From contig OX597820.1 in the NCBI GenBank assembly GCA_951406725.2, positions 16,492,001-16,556,000 on the forward strand: 64,000 bases of DNA, written 5' to 3'. A program made the position numbers and the translations under genes. The notes beneath the pieces were generated by a model, which made no database searches, was not told where the DNA came from, and worked only from the letters and a program-made list of their open reading frames with translations. This stretch comes from Octopus vulgaris (lineage: Eukaryota). Positions 26,483-39,254 of the stretch are shown here, in pieces; the first letter of the stretch is position 1; each line of letters starts with the position of its first letter.

Positions 26483-27211
26483 ATATATATATCTGTGATG
26501 GGCTTCTTTCAGTTTCCGTTGACCAAATCCACTCACAAGGTTTTGGTTGGCCTGAAACTATAGAAGACACTTTCTCAAGGGGTACCATACAGTGGGACTG
26601 AACCTGGAACCATGTGGCTGGGAAACAAACTTTTTACCACATAGCCACCTGTGTCTATGTGTATCTATATTTCCTCACACATGTGCCAATGTGTGTGAGT
26701 TTGCCTCTAGTGCCAAAAATACTGTTGTCAAAAGAGACTCATTATCCAAACAGCCAAGCCCCGTCACCTCATTCTAATCCTTTTGATAACAAAATATTTG
26801 GAACTGTCTCCAGTTCTCTGATACAAGCTTCTTGTTTCAGAGTGATTTAAATTAAAATCTTCCATCAATATCTCATCGTAACCCTTCTGATATCAACCTA
26901 CTCGAGTCTGCTCCTGGCTCTGTAGTGCATATGTCTGGGTTCCAAATGTTTTGAATTAAAATCTTCCACTAAAACTTAATCATAATTTATGTTCCTAACA
27001 CGACCTTGATAATAACAAAGCTATTTTGCCAAATTTTACCAAGTGTCTGTGTGGTAAGTAGCTAGCTTACCAACCACATGTTTCCAGGTTCAGTCCCACA
27101 GTGTGGCATCTTAGGCAAGTGTCTTCTACTATAGCCTTGGGCTGACCAAAGCTTCGTGAGTGGATTTGGTAGACGGAAACTGAAAGAAGCCCATCAAATA
27201 TATATATATAT

Positions 27212-27881
27212 ATATAACTAATATAGGATAAAATTTTTTTGGGGAAAAAAATGTTATCAATGGCCAGCATATCAAAAAATACCTTTAAAGGTTAGATTTA
27301 TAAATAATTTACAAGATAAGGGCAAAAGAAAAATTCTGATGCCAAATATGCCGAAAAAAAGACAAAACTTTTCAATAACCATTATAATTTATGCGTCTCG
27401 AAACAAACTGATAGAAATTTCTAAAAAATTCATTATTACCGTATTGGTCCAATTTCAGGATTAATTAATAAGAAATTTTCCCCTCTTCAGCGGCAAATAT
27501 GCGAGATATATGTGAAATACTTACTCATACCCATGGAAAAAGCAAACACCAAGTCCTGAGCAGACCTAAGTACCCCAAATATATCCAAAATAGAGAAATC
27601 TTCGGCACAACTAGAAACTTTCACAGAGTGAGAGAATACGGAAGTGAAACACTATTCAATTTATAACTAATATAGGATAAAATTTTTTTTGGGAAAAAAA
27701 TTTTATCAATGGAAAATTTCTTATTAATTTACCCTGAAATTGGACCAATACGGTAATAACGAATTTTTTAGAGATTTCTATCGGTTTGTTTCGAGACGCA
27801 AAAATTATAATGGTTATTGAAAAGTTTTGTCTTTTTTTCGGCATATTTGGCATTAGAATTTTTCTTTTGCCCTTATCTTGT

Positions 27882-27886
<5 letters not shown>
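27212..27886. mobile_element. Penelope-like non-autonomous insertion with inverted partial terminal repeat, inserted in the (TA)n of a SINE
   Basis: ~27303-27481 is inverted-repeated at ~27711-27888, and ~27212-27263 is directly repeated at ~27662-27712. The element carries an HHR and splits a family-A SINE (27047-27196 and 27910-28146). Confidence 0.65.
27437..27495 (-). ncRNA. Type I hammerhead ribozyme motif
   Basis: The minus strand reads TGCCG-CTGAAGA-GGGG-aaaatttcttattaattaa-TCCT-GAAA-TTGG-a-CCAA-TA-CGGTA. All core nucleotides and three stems are present. Confidence 0.75.
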
Positions 27887-27924
<38 letters not shown>

Positions 27925-30871
27925 ATATGTTTGTGTTTCTGTGGTTGTCAACCCACCCCCCATCGCTTGACAACCGATGCTGGTGTGTTTACATCTCCGT
28001 TACTTAGTGGTTCGGTAAAAAGAGTCCGATAGAATAAGTACTAGGTTTACAAAGAATAAGTCCTAGGGTAAATTTGCTCAACTAAAGGCGCTACTCCAGC
28101 ATAGCTGCAGACAAATGACTGAAACAAAGTAAAAGAGTAAAGAGAGTGCTGCGTGATGGAAAACTGAGAGTATATTTCAAATTAATTGAAATAAACATTG
28201 GTTATTTCAACAGAAATATGAGAACACAAGGGTTAATATGGGTTCCAAACACCAGCAGAGTAATGATAAAATTCCTTTTGCAAAACTCATTATTTTCAAA
28301 ATTAATTAAAACAAAGCTGTGTACTTAAACAGAAATGTGGTGATAAAATGGTTAATGTAATTAAGCCAGTGGCTCGTTAATCCATTTAGAAATTCCTAGA
28401 AGGGTTCAAATTTCATCTTCTTTGCCATTATAATAAGTCAGTTAAGGTGATTTTTTTTTTTTACCAAAACTAAGAATGTTGACCCACAGTTAAGTGTTTG
28501 TCCAAGCAAAGCCATTGTTACAAAAGATCCTTTGTCTCTGGAAACCTCAGTCAACTGAGTAATTAAACTCCTACCATTGAACTGATAACAGTGATTATAA
28601 CATGTCATCGAGTTAAATTACAGCATCACAGTGATGACATTGAGAATAAGGTGGCAAGTTGGCAGAAATGTTAGCACACTGGGTGAAATGCTTAGTGGTA
28701 TTTCGTCTGTCTTTACGTTCTGAATTCAAATTCTGCCGAGGTCGACTTTGCCTTTCATCCTTTCAGGGTCGATTAAATAAGTACCAGTTACGCACTGGGG
28801 TCGATATAATTGACTTAATTCGTTTGTCTGTCCTCTCTGTATTTAGCCCCTTGTAGGTAGTAAAGAAATAGGTATTTCGTCTGTCTTTACGTTCTGAGTT
28901 CAAACTCTGCCGAGGTCGACTTTGCTTTTCATCCTTTCAGGATCAATAAATTAAGTACCAGTTATGCACTGGGGTCAATGTAATCGACTTAATCCCTTTG
29001 TCTGTCCTTGTTTGTCTCCTCTATGTTTAGCCCCTTGTGGGCAATAAAGAAATAAGAAACGTTAGCACACCGGGTGAAATGCTTAGCGGTATTTCGTCTG
29101 TCTTTACATTCTGAGTTCAAACTCCGCTGAGGTCAACTTTGCTTTTCATCCATTTGGGGTCAACAAATTAAGTCCCAGTTGCGTACTGGGGTCGATCTAA
29201 TCGACTGCCCCCCTTTCCCCAAATTTTCAGGCCTTGTGCCTAGAGTAGAAAAGAATGATGACATTGACAATGATGATGATGATATAGGTTTATACTTTAT
29301 CTATAGAAGCTGACTAGAATCAACTATTTAACATTTTGCTACCAAACTCCATTACCAACAAGTAATATCGACTGACTTTAATGGATGAGAGACTAAAAGT
29401 AATGGCTCCTATGCTTTCACAAAGACAGAAATATAGTTTCAGCTGAGAATATAATATGGATCACCAGATTAGTTTGCTTTTTATTGATTTATAAAATTGT
29501 TATACAAGGAAATTTATAGGTGTAGGTGTGACCGTGAAGTAAGAAATTTGCTTCCAACCACATGGTTCTGGGTTCAGTCCCACTGCATGTCACCTTGGAC
29601 AAGTGTCCTCTACTATAGCCTTGGGCTGACCAAAGCCTTGAGTAGATTTGGTAGATGGAAACTGAAAGAAGGTGGCAAGCTGGCAGAAACGTTAGCATGC
29701 CAGGCGAAATGCTTAGCAGTATTTTGTCGGTCTTTACGTTCTGAGTTCAAATTCCATCGAGGTCGACTTTACCTTTCATCCTTTTGGGGTCGATTAGATA
29801 AGTACCAGTTACGCACCGGGGTCGATATAATCGACTTAATCCGTTTGTCTGTCCTTGTTTGTCCTCTCCATGTTTAGCCCCTTGTGGGCAATAAAGAAAT
29901 AAGAAACTGAAAGAAGCCCGTTGTGTATGTGTTAGATGGTTAGATGCAGGTGTGGCTGTGTGGTAAAAAGTCTACTTCCCAACCACATGGTTCTGGGTTC
30001 CGTTCCATAATGTGGCACTTAGGACAAATGTCTTCTACAAAAGCACCACATTGACCAAAGCCTTGCAAGAAGATTTTTTTTAGATGGAAACTGATTGAAC
30101 CCTGATATTTATGGACGTGTGTTTGTGCGTGTGCACATACGTATGTGTGTCTATATTTATATCTCCTTCCCTTGACACCCCATAGTAATTATAAAATAAT
30201 ATCTCCATCATGCAGGCAGTATCATTCGTTTCCAATCTTTTATGTAAGCATATTTGGCCACATGGAAATATTACCTTGCTGCGAAACGGACGAGGGTAGT
30301 TGACAGGAAAAGCATCCAACAACAGAAAACCTGTCCCGACAAATTTCATCTGACCCATGAAAGCATGGAAAAAATGGATGTTAAAACGATAATGAAGGAC
30401 ATTATTATGATGGTGGTGGTGGTGGTGGTGGTGATAGTGATGATGATGATGATGATGAAGGTGATGGTGATGAGGATGCTGATGATAACTGCAGAACTAA
30501 ACTTTAAAATGCTGATGAGCAAAGACAGTTATATTGATTTCATTTCACTCTGCATGAGGCCAATTTATTTCGGTAGGATAAGGAACAAAGTGAAACTGAA
30601 TGGAGACTAGTTAATTATTAATGTGTATTGTATTGAACCCAGAATCATAAAAGTCAGGGTCAATAGCAATGGGATTTGAATTCAGAATGCTAGAATGCTA
30701 AAACTAAATACTGCAATTGATTTAATACCAGCGCTGTAGTTTTTTTGCCAACTTTGAAATAAGACATAACAGAAATTTTTTTAGTGTAAATGAAGAAATA
30801 ATCAATGAAAATGACCTGAGTATATTTTTTATTGTATTCTTGAGTCCCAGGTCATGTAAGCTCAGTTACCT

Positions 30872-31105
30872 CCTGGCACTCCATCGGTTACGACGATGAG
30901 GGTTCCAGTTGATCTGATCAACGGAATAGCCTGCTCGTGAAATTAATGAATGTGCAAGTGGCTGAGCACTCCACAGACACGTGTACCCTTAACGTAGTTC
31001 TCAGGGAGATTCAGCATGACACAGAGTGTGACAAGGCTGGCCCTTTGAAATACAGGTACAAGAGAAATAGGAAGAAAGAGTGAGAGGAAGTTGCAGTGAA
31101 AGAGT
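30872..31105 (+). mobile_element. Interspersed SINE-like repeat
   Basis: GC-richer block ctggcactccatcggttacgacgatgag...ggccctttgaaatacagg; tail gagaggaagttgcagtgaaagagt is shared with 46885-46910. Confidence 0.45.
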
Positions 31106-32499
31106 ATCCCTGCTGGATATCCCCCCATATGGAGGGGGGATATCAGGTGTAGTAAAAATAAATAAGTAAATGAGTGGAAATCAGACTGGTGAGTGTGTTA
31201 AATTTATAAAGCACTAAAAGAGAATGACCCTCCCCAGACACAATAAAATATGCTTCAACACACAAATTCACATAAAGAATCTTGCAAACTAAATACAAAA
31301 ACGAAATTCAATTGGAATGTTTCTTTTTAATGTCTTTAAAAAGTATTTTTCTTGTAAGATGGAGGAAGAACAGCAGAAAGGAAGGAAGGAATGTAGAAAG
31401 AAAGAATGCAGAAAAATAGAATTCATGAAAGAAGTTTAAAAAAAATAAACAAAAACAATACATAAGAACAGAATACAAAAAAGAAACAAAAATAATAAAA
31501 AACAAATAAATAAATAAAAGAAGAGCTATGGGGAAAATAAATAATAAATAAATACAAATAATTATATCTTTAATTGTCCAAAGAGTATTGGTTTCAAATT
31601 GTTGCACAAGGCCGGCAATTTTGAGGGGAGGGTGTTAAGTTGATTACTTCAACCCCAGGGTTCAACTGGTTCTTATTTTATCAAGGCCAAAAGGATGAAA
31701 GGCAAAGACAACTTGGGCAGGATTTGAACTCAAAACACAATGTCAAAAGAAGTGATGCAAAGCATTTTTTCCTCCAACATGGTTATGTTTCTGCCAGCTA
31801 ACCACCTTGAGTATGTAAATGAGTATTGGTCATTGTGTTGAGAATTTTGCTTCACAACCACTTGGTTTCAGATTCAATTTCATTGCACATCACCTTGGGC
31901 AAAAGGTGCAGGAGTAGCTGCGTAGTAAGAAGCTTGCTTCCAAACCACATGGGTCCGGGTTCAGTCCCACTGCGTGGCACCTTGGGCAAATGTCTTCTAC
32001 TATGGCCTCATGCCGACCAAAGCCTTGTGAGTGGATTTGGTAGGCGGAAACTGAAAGAAGCCCATCGTACATATGTGTGTGTGTGTATGTATTTGTTGTG
32101 TCTGTGTTTGCCCCTCCACCATCGCTTGACAACCGATGCTGGTGTGTTTACGTACCCGTAACTTAGTAGTTCAGTAAAAGAGACCGTTAGAATAAGTACT
32201 AGGCTTACAAAGAATAAGTCCTGGGGTCGATTTGTTCGACTAAAGGTGGTGCTCCAGCATGGCCACAGCCACATGACTGAAACAAGTAGAAGAGATAGAT
32301 AGATAGATGTGTGTGTGTATGTGTGTGTGTGTGTGTGCAAATGAGTCCATTTGTCTTTGAATTTGTCTCTCACCATTTGACAATCAATCAATGTTGGTTT
32401 CTTTACATTTCTGTTAAAAATAAGTACTTCCAGGTAGTGCTCCAGCATGGCCATAGCCATAGCCCAAATGACTGCAGAGTAAGCAAAAGAGTAAAATGC

Positions 32500-32799
32500 T
32501 TATAACAATGTTCTCTCATCCTCCGTGATGAATTCAAGGCATTGCATCAACCAGTCTCTAGAATCTCTGAATTTGTAATATGGGAGGCTATCCTGTAGGA
32601 CAGAGAAAAACTGATGCAGTCTATTGTAACGCATATGCAAGCTAAACTTGCATGCTTTCTGTAATTTATGGAGACAGACGGGACACAAGAATATAGGCTG
32701 CATCATGGCTTCCTCCAGAGATGTGCTGTTATTCATCAGACAAGAATATATTTCACAATGCATTAGTCCGAAAAGATGACAGGTTTCGTGAACTGTTAC
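32500..32799 (-). CDS. AMZ2: Archaemetzincin terminal exon with zinc-binding motif
   Basis: After acceptor ttctag| the exon reads VTVHETCHLFGLMHCEIYSCLMNNSTSLEEAMMQPIFLCPVCLHKLQ. This is the HExxHxxGxxH-CxxxxCxM...CxxC archaemetzincin signature. Stop TAA at 32502-32500. Confidence 0.92.
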   Translation of the reverse strand, partial: VTVHETCHLFGLMHCEIYSCLMNNSTSLEEAMMQPIFLCPVCLHKLQKACKFSLHMRYNRLHQFFSVLQDSLPYYKFRDSRDWLMQCLEFITEDERTLL

Positions 32800-33623
32800 C
32801 TAGAAATATAAAGAGAATGAGAATCATTTAAAGTATTCATTTGTATTTTTTTTCTTTTTTCTAATTTGCATATCTAATTTACATATAGGCGCAGGAGTGG
32901 CTGTGTAGTAAGATTCGAGCAAGGTTGTTGCCAGTACCGCCTGACTGGCCCCTGTGCCGGTGGCACATAAAAGCACCCACTACACTCTTGTGAAATGTCC
33001 CACCCATGCTAGCATGGAAGGCAGACGTTAAACGATGATGGTGATTGTTTAAACTTATAAGAACATTGTAGGATAGGTGTAAGAGGCTGGATCTGGTGAG
33101 ATTGAACATAAAAGGGGCAGAGTATTTGGGCCAGATATGATTTGTTAAATGCTTAAGGGTTATGATAACAGAAATTTAAATATCTCTAGAACTTTGATGG
33201 ATCATTGGTTCTCACTTAAAGACTTTATACATGTGAAATACACATGAGCAAAGCAGCCTAACAGAGCCTGTTCTTTTTGAGATTATTGATTATGGACAAA
33301 TATTATAGGTGTACATTATCAACATTATCATTATTTAACATCCATGTTCCATGCTGGCATAAATAGATGTGAAATAGGCATGAGTAAGACAGCCTAATAG
33401 AGCCTGTTCTTTTCAAGATTACTCTCTTTACTCTTTTACTTGTTTCAGTCATTTGACTGCGGCCATGCTGGAGCACCACCGTTAGTTGAACAAATCGATC
33501 CCAGGACTTATTCTTTGTAAGCCTAGTACTTATTCCATCGGTCTCTTTTGCCAAACCGCTAAGTTACGGGGACATAAACACACCAGCATTGGTTGTCAAG
33601 CGATGTTGGGGGGACAAATACAA

Positions 33624-33677
<54 letters not shown>

Positions 33678-34752
33678 GACAGGTTTCTTTCAGTTTCTGT
33701 CTACCAAATCCACTCACAAGGCTTTGGTTGGCCCGAGGCTATAGTAGAAGACACTTGCCCAAGGTGCCACATAGTGGGACTGAACCCGGAACCATGTGGT
33801 TGGTAAGCAAGCTACTTACCACACAGCCGCTCCTACAATTATTGATTATGGACAAATATTATAGGCGTACATTATCAACATTATCATCATTTAACATCTA
33901 TGTTCCATGCTGGCATAAGTTGGATGGTTTGATGGTTAGTGGCAGTGATAATGGCATCAGCAGTGGCTGTGGTGATGATGATGATAGCAATGGTTCAGAA
34001 ACCTAGCTGTTTGTATTTATTGAAATTTAATGTACACTTTTATGAGTTACTGTCTCGTGTTCTTCGTAAATTATTTATAGCATGTTACAATTAGGAGAGA
34101 GCAGCCTCGTCTAATTCTGTAATAGCATAGTTATATTTAAAAAGCTTCTGTTTAGTGAAAAGACTAGAATCTCTCTTTTACTTATTTCAGTCATTTGACT
34201 GTGGCCATGCTGGAGCACCGCCTTTAGTTGAGCAAATCGACCACAGGACTTATTCTTTGTAAGCCTTGTACTTATTCTATCGGTCTCTTTTGCTGAACTG
34301 CTAAGTGACAGGGACGTAAACACACCAGCATCAGTTGTCAAGCAATGTTGGGGGGACAAACAGACACACAAACACACATATACATATATATGACAGGTTT
34401 CTTTCAGTTTCCGTCTACCAAATCCACTCACAAGGCTTTGGTCGGCCCGAGGCTATAGTAGAAGACACTTGCCCAAGGTGCCACGCAGTGGGACTGAACC
34501 CGGAACCATGTGGTTGGTAAGCAAGCTACTAACCACACAGCCACTCCTACGCCTATATTGATTTTTTAAAATTAAATAATCAATTAGTTAATTGGATAAA
34601 TAGTTAACCAACTGACAAACAATAACCTTCACAAGATGCAACAAAATCTGTTTCAACACACGAGTTCACATCAGTGACCTTGCAAGCCAAATACAAAAAT
34701 GGAAATTCTAAAGAATATCATGAAACATTAACATATTCCAAAAATTATTTAC

Positions 34753-35617
34753 CTTGAGCATTTTCCAAATCAAACTTTCATCAACTTCCGTTATATCACA
34801 CATTGGTTGTCCAGCTTGAAACGATAGAGGCTCAAATCTACCAAAGCAAAATATGCCTGATTTGTGTTGGAAGGAAGATTCTCCAAGACTAAAGTTCAAA
34901 TCTTCTGCAGGATACAGATCAGTCCAAGTTATTCCCAGAATGCAGTAACCATCTTTGGGGAGTTTTTTTCTCAGAAATGGAAAAAAACTGGAAGAAAGGA
35001 ACTGCTTTTGTCCAGTGACAGAGTGTACTCGACTTTTGAGTCCAGAATGTTCAGAATCTTTTAATAATGGGAGACAGATTTTGACATCAAAACCAAGAAA
35101 ATATATCTGAGCAAATTCTCGAAGAAGGGTGAGCAAATCCATTTCGGTATTCCCAAGATGAAACGTATATCTTAAAACAAAATCAGGGAATTGTCCGAGT
35201 GGCTGTAGATAAATAACAGACTTCATGGGGAAAATACACTGGCACTGATTGCGGACATCATGTGTCTCCCAAAGAACTTTCCATTGTATGTATGTCTGTT
35301 CTAACATGTAGACATTTGCTTTGTGAATTTTCTGTACAAACAGTTCATTTTCTGTGCTGTTGTCTAACACAGAGTAACTAAGGGAGTACAATTTCCTTTC
35401 AATGTTTCCTTTGTTTTCAAGATTTCCGATAAGAAATTTCTTTTTCTTCTCACTGTTTGATGTCCAAGGACACATGAAACTGGAATTGCCATTTTTTGAC
35501 ATTACGACCGAAATTACTTTTTCAATTTCTCTTTTTGGTAGATATATTTTTTCACAAATTTTTCTTGTTTTGTCATAAAGGTACTCCTTTTTTTTTCTCG
35601 GGAAAGTTATAAGATAC
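34753..35617 (-). CDS. AMZ2: Archaemetzincin (AMZ2-like, M54 metalloprotease), large exon
   Basis: IYLQPLGQFP, FLGFDVK, KKLPKDGYCILGITWTDLYPAEDLNFSLGESS...GIFCFGRF are archaemetzincin motifs. Acceptor tttttcag| precedes 35617 and donor AAG|gtaaat follows 34753. Confidence 0.88.
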
Positions 35618-36199
35618 CTGAAAAATGAAAATAAATAATGACAATAATAACAAGAACACTCAGAGAATGCAAACCTCCGTCGAGGCAACACCAACATCCT
35701 CTCAACGGTTAGTCAGAGATAATTTTTAAAATGAGAATATCTGAAATAAACTCGACTGCTCTCACAAATGAGAATACTAAAAATGAACCCGACCGCTCTC
35801 AAAAATTAAGTAAAAAAAACAGGAAAAATAATCCAGAATCCTTGTCCAGCACCAAATCGATCCCAAAATCTAATCAGTTTGTGCCAGTTGCGAGGTCAAA
35901 CATCCCTGAATGTTCCATCCAAATCTATCCAACAGTTTTTGAGATATCTTGTCCATGGTCAAACAAACAAATACAACTGAAAACAATACCTCTGCTTTAG
36001 CAAAGGTGGAGGTAATAATTCATCCTCCTATAGACAGAAGGTCTGAATTGTTTTCTTTTAGCGTGTGCAGGGGAGGAGTTAGTCAGTTACAACCCTACTG
36101 TATGACTGGTACTTGTTTCATTGACCCTGAAAGGATGAAAGGTAAAGGTGACCTTACAATCATGAGTCAGATACCTTAATCACTAAGCTACACATCTTC

Positions 36200-36587
36200 A
36201 TATATGTATGCATGAGTGTGTGTGTGTGTGTAAGTGTGTATGTATGAATGAGGGTGTGTATGTATGTAAGTGTATGTATGCATGCATATATGTGTGTGTG
36301 TATGTATGAATGAGGATGTGTATGTATGCATGCATGTTTGTATGTGTGTGTATGTATGTGTATGTATGCATGCATATATGTATGTATGTGTGTGTATGTG
36401 TGAGTATGTGTGTATGAATGTATGAGTGAGTGTATATATACATGCAGTTTGCATGTATGTATGTGTGTATGCATGTATGTGTGTGTATGTATGCATGAAT
36501 GTTTGTACCTGAGTGTAGTGTATGTATGTGTGTGTGTATGTATGTGTGTACATGTATGAACATATGTATGTATGAATATATATATAG
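36200..36587. repeat. Cryptic (TG/TATG/TGCA)n simple repeat
   Basis: Low-complexity tgtatgtatgcatg array; source of spurious His/Thr/Tyr ORFs. Confidence 0.9.
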
Positions 36588-36675
36588 GGAGAATTCACAA
36601 AAAATCACAAGACGAAGACAGGTGGTGCAGACAACAAACAGATGTATTAGTATAATGCTTGGGAAGTGAAAAAGT

Positions 36676-36711
36676 CTTTAACATTTCGAGCTTACACTCT
36701 TCAACAGAAAG
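36676..36711 (-). ncRNA. Minimal hammerhead-like motif in a Penelope-like remnant (~36588-36765)
   Basis: The minus strand reads CTTT-CTGTTGA-A-GAG-tgtaag-CTC-GAAA-TG-TT-AAAG. Stem I is CTTT/AAAG and stem II is GAG/CTC; the core has an A6U change. Confidence 0.5.
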
Positions 36712-37102
36712 GAACACAGAAAGCAACAAGGAGAGAAAATAAAGAATGTGTAGTAGCTAGCGATATATACACATATGTATATGTGTGTGTATGTGTGGTG
36801 CGCGTGCGTGCGGAAATATTGTGTACAGGGAAATATTACTTTGCTTAGAAACAGGTGATGGTTGGTGACAGGAAGAGCATCTGGTCGTATAACTGTAGCG
36901 TAGCTTGAAGTTGTTTAACACCGAGATGGCTAAGATCAAATAGCAGGTGATCAATTTTGGAGCACCTTAGGTGCTCCAAAAATGATCACCTGCCTCTAGA
37001 AAGCTTTAATCGATATATATTTCCTATAAAAAAAAATGAGAATATAAATTGAACACTCACCACCACTACCACCAACACCTCCCCCAAGAAACCGACTTAC
37101 AC

Positions 37103-37372
37103 GAAAGAAAGAAATAGAAGACGAAAGGGTGGGAGAAGAAGAAGAAGAAGAAAGGAAGAAAAGAAGAAGAAAGGAAGAAAAGAAGAAAGAAAGAAGAAAG
37201 GAAGAAAAGAAGAAAGAAAGAGAAAGAAGAAAGGAAGAAAAGGAGGAGGAGGAGGAGAAGAAGAAAAAGAAGAAGGTGAAGAAGAAGAAGAAAAGAAAAA
37301 AGAATAAGAAAGGAAGAAAAGAAAAAGAAAAAGGTGAAGAAGAAGAAGAATGAGGAGCAGGGGGAGGAAGGG
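37103..37372 (+). repeat. Polypurine (GAA/GAAA) tract
   Basis: ~270 bp of almost pure A/G. Confidence 0.9.
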
Positions 37373-37748
37373 CTAAGGAGGAGATAATGAAAGGAAATTT
37401 AACGTTAATACTTTAGTTATAGTTAAATGCCGCTGACAGGCGTTAATTAATCTTAATGACAGACTTAAGGGGTGCAGTGCGCGCGCGAGCGGCTGTAGGC
37501 GTATGTGTGTAAAGGAAGAAATAAAGATGTACCGTGTAGGAAACTTAGTACATACAATAAAGGCCGTTTTCATTTCAATGAACAAAACGTCGTAGACATC
37601 CACGAAGTCGTTGGCTCTTCAGGATAACGTTTATGCGAATTGTGATGATTCAAACGTTTCCTCTAGGGATCTTGTAGAAACGTTAGTGGTCAGTGTCACG
37701 AAAGAGCCGCGACTAGGATTGGAAATAAGAGCACGGTATTCACTTTAC

Positions 37749-37771
37749 CTTGCTCGCCGTACGAAGTACAT
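37749..37771 (-). CDS. Candidate first coding mini-exon of archaemetzincin gene
   Basis: ATG TAC TTC GTA CGG CGA GCA AG|gtaaag ends in phase 2, matching the phase-2 acceptor at 35617. An in-frame upstream ATG lies at 37804. The joined CDS of 23+865+300=1188 nt is a multiple of 3. Confidence 0.5.
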
Positions 37772-37812
37772 ATGAATTATAGCAAACTTCTGATTGTAGT
37801 ACATATATATAC

Positions 37813-37856
<44 letters not shown>

Positions 37857-38269
37857 TGGGCTTTGAAACAGATGTTTTTTAACAAGAATAGAATTTATTC
37901 ATAAGGTATTAGGTTTGCTCAAGATACCAAGCAGTGGGACGGAATGTGACAGACTGACAGATATGTTTCTTTATTAGCCACACAGGGCTGCACACAGACA
38001 GAACAAATTACAAGGTAGAGCTTTTCTTTGGGGGGGTAAAAAAAAGGGGGTTGGTTTTCGATCAAAAGGGATCGTAAAAGGAAAGAAAGAGGACAAAAAG
38101 GGGGGGGGGGATAAAAGGGGAGAGGAAAAAAAAGTTGATCAATAGGGATCGTAATCACAGAAATGTCAATATGAAGTGTAAAGGGGAGGACAGGTGAGGT
38201 TTACCCGTGGAAAGAAAAGCCTACGGAAAAGACCACGGTAACCTCGGTCAATGAAGTCTGACAGATAAA

Positions 38270-38293
38270 TAGATAGCTAGCTAGCTAGCTAGC

Positions 38294-38365
<72 letters not shown>

Positions 38366-38407
38366 CATGTTTCTTTATTAGCCACACAGGGCTGCACACA
38401 GACAGAC

Positions 38408-38472
<65 letters not shown>

Positions 38473-38540
38473 CAGATAGACCAGCTTAATTAAACAGGCA
38501 GATAGTTAGACAGACAGAAAGATAGACTGACAGATAAATT

Positions 38541-38606
<66 letters not shown>
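38270..38606 (+). repeat. (GATA)n arrays
   Basis: Three GATA runs interleaved with a duplicated 40 bp piece (atgtttctttattagccacacagggctgcacacagacag, also at 37963). Confidence 0.9.
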
Positions 38607-38607
<1 letters not shown>

Positions 38608-39218
38608 TGCTTCACACATTATACCATCAAAAAGAAGTGTGATGTTGACTCTTTCATTGAGTTCTGTAAATTAAAAGCAAATTATTTTAAAATACTTATA
38701 AACATGTACTAAAGCAAAAACATGTACTAAAGCAACAACAACAAGAACAAAAAAGAATTTTAAGATATACAAAACTTTAGTACAAACTGTTTAATGGAGT
38801 TGCGTTGTGGGAAAATTTCCAAAATACACCCTTCTCTCGACGAAAGTTTTAAACAAATGTTTTATATCTTATCCGCTTGCGTGAAGCTTTTGTTTTAATT
38901 TTGCTTTCTTTCTTTTTTTTCTTTTTTTAAGGAAAAAAAAATTCTTTGTTTTTTCTTTCGGCAATCTTTAGTTTTAGAGCGGAATGAACAATAACCAAAT
39001 AAATCTGCGCGCATATACATATATATATATATATATATATCAAAAAGGGGAAGACCGGCTGGGCTTTATGGCGAATGATCAGATCCCAAAAACCTGTTGG
39101 TCCATAACCTCTTAAAAATATGAGCGATTCACCATAAAGCTAAACCTTTAATGGATGGGAAACCATAAGCTTTTTACAAACGATATATACACACATACAT
39201 ATATAAATATATATATGA

Positions 39219-39250
<32 letters not shown>

Positions 39251-39254
<4 letters not shown>

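Noticed and set aside
30405-30487. Poly-Val/Met ORF segment
   Set aside because: (GGT)n/(GAT)n tail of a retro-element.
36160-36608. His/Thr/Tyr-rich ORFs of 104-136 aa
   Set aside because: Translations of a TG/TATG simple repeat; not genes.
37129-37353. Lys/Glu/Arg-rich ORF
   Set aside because: Polypurine GAA tract with no splice or homology support.
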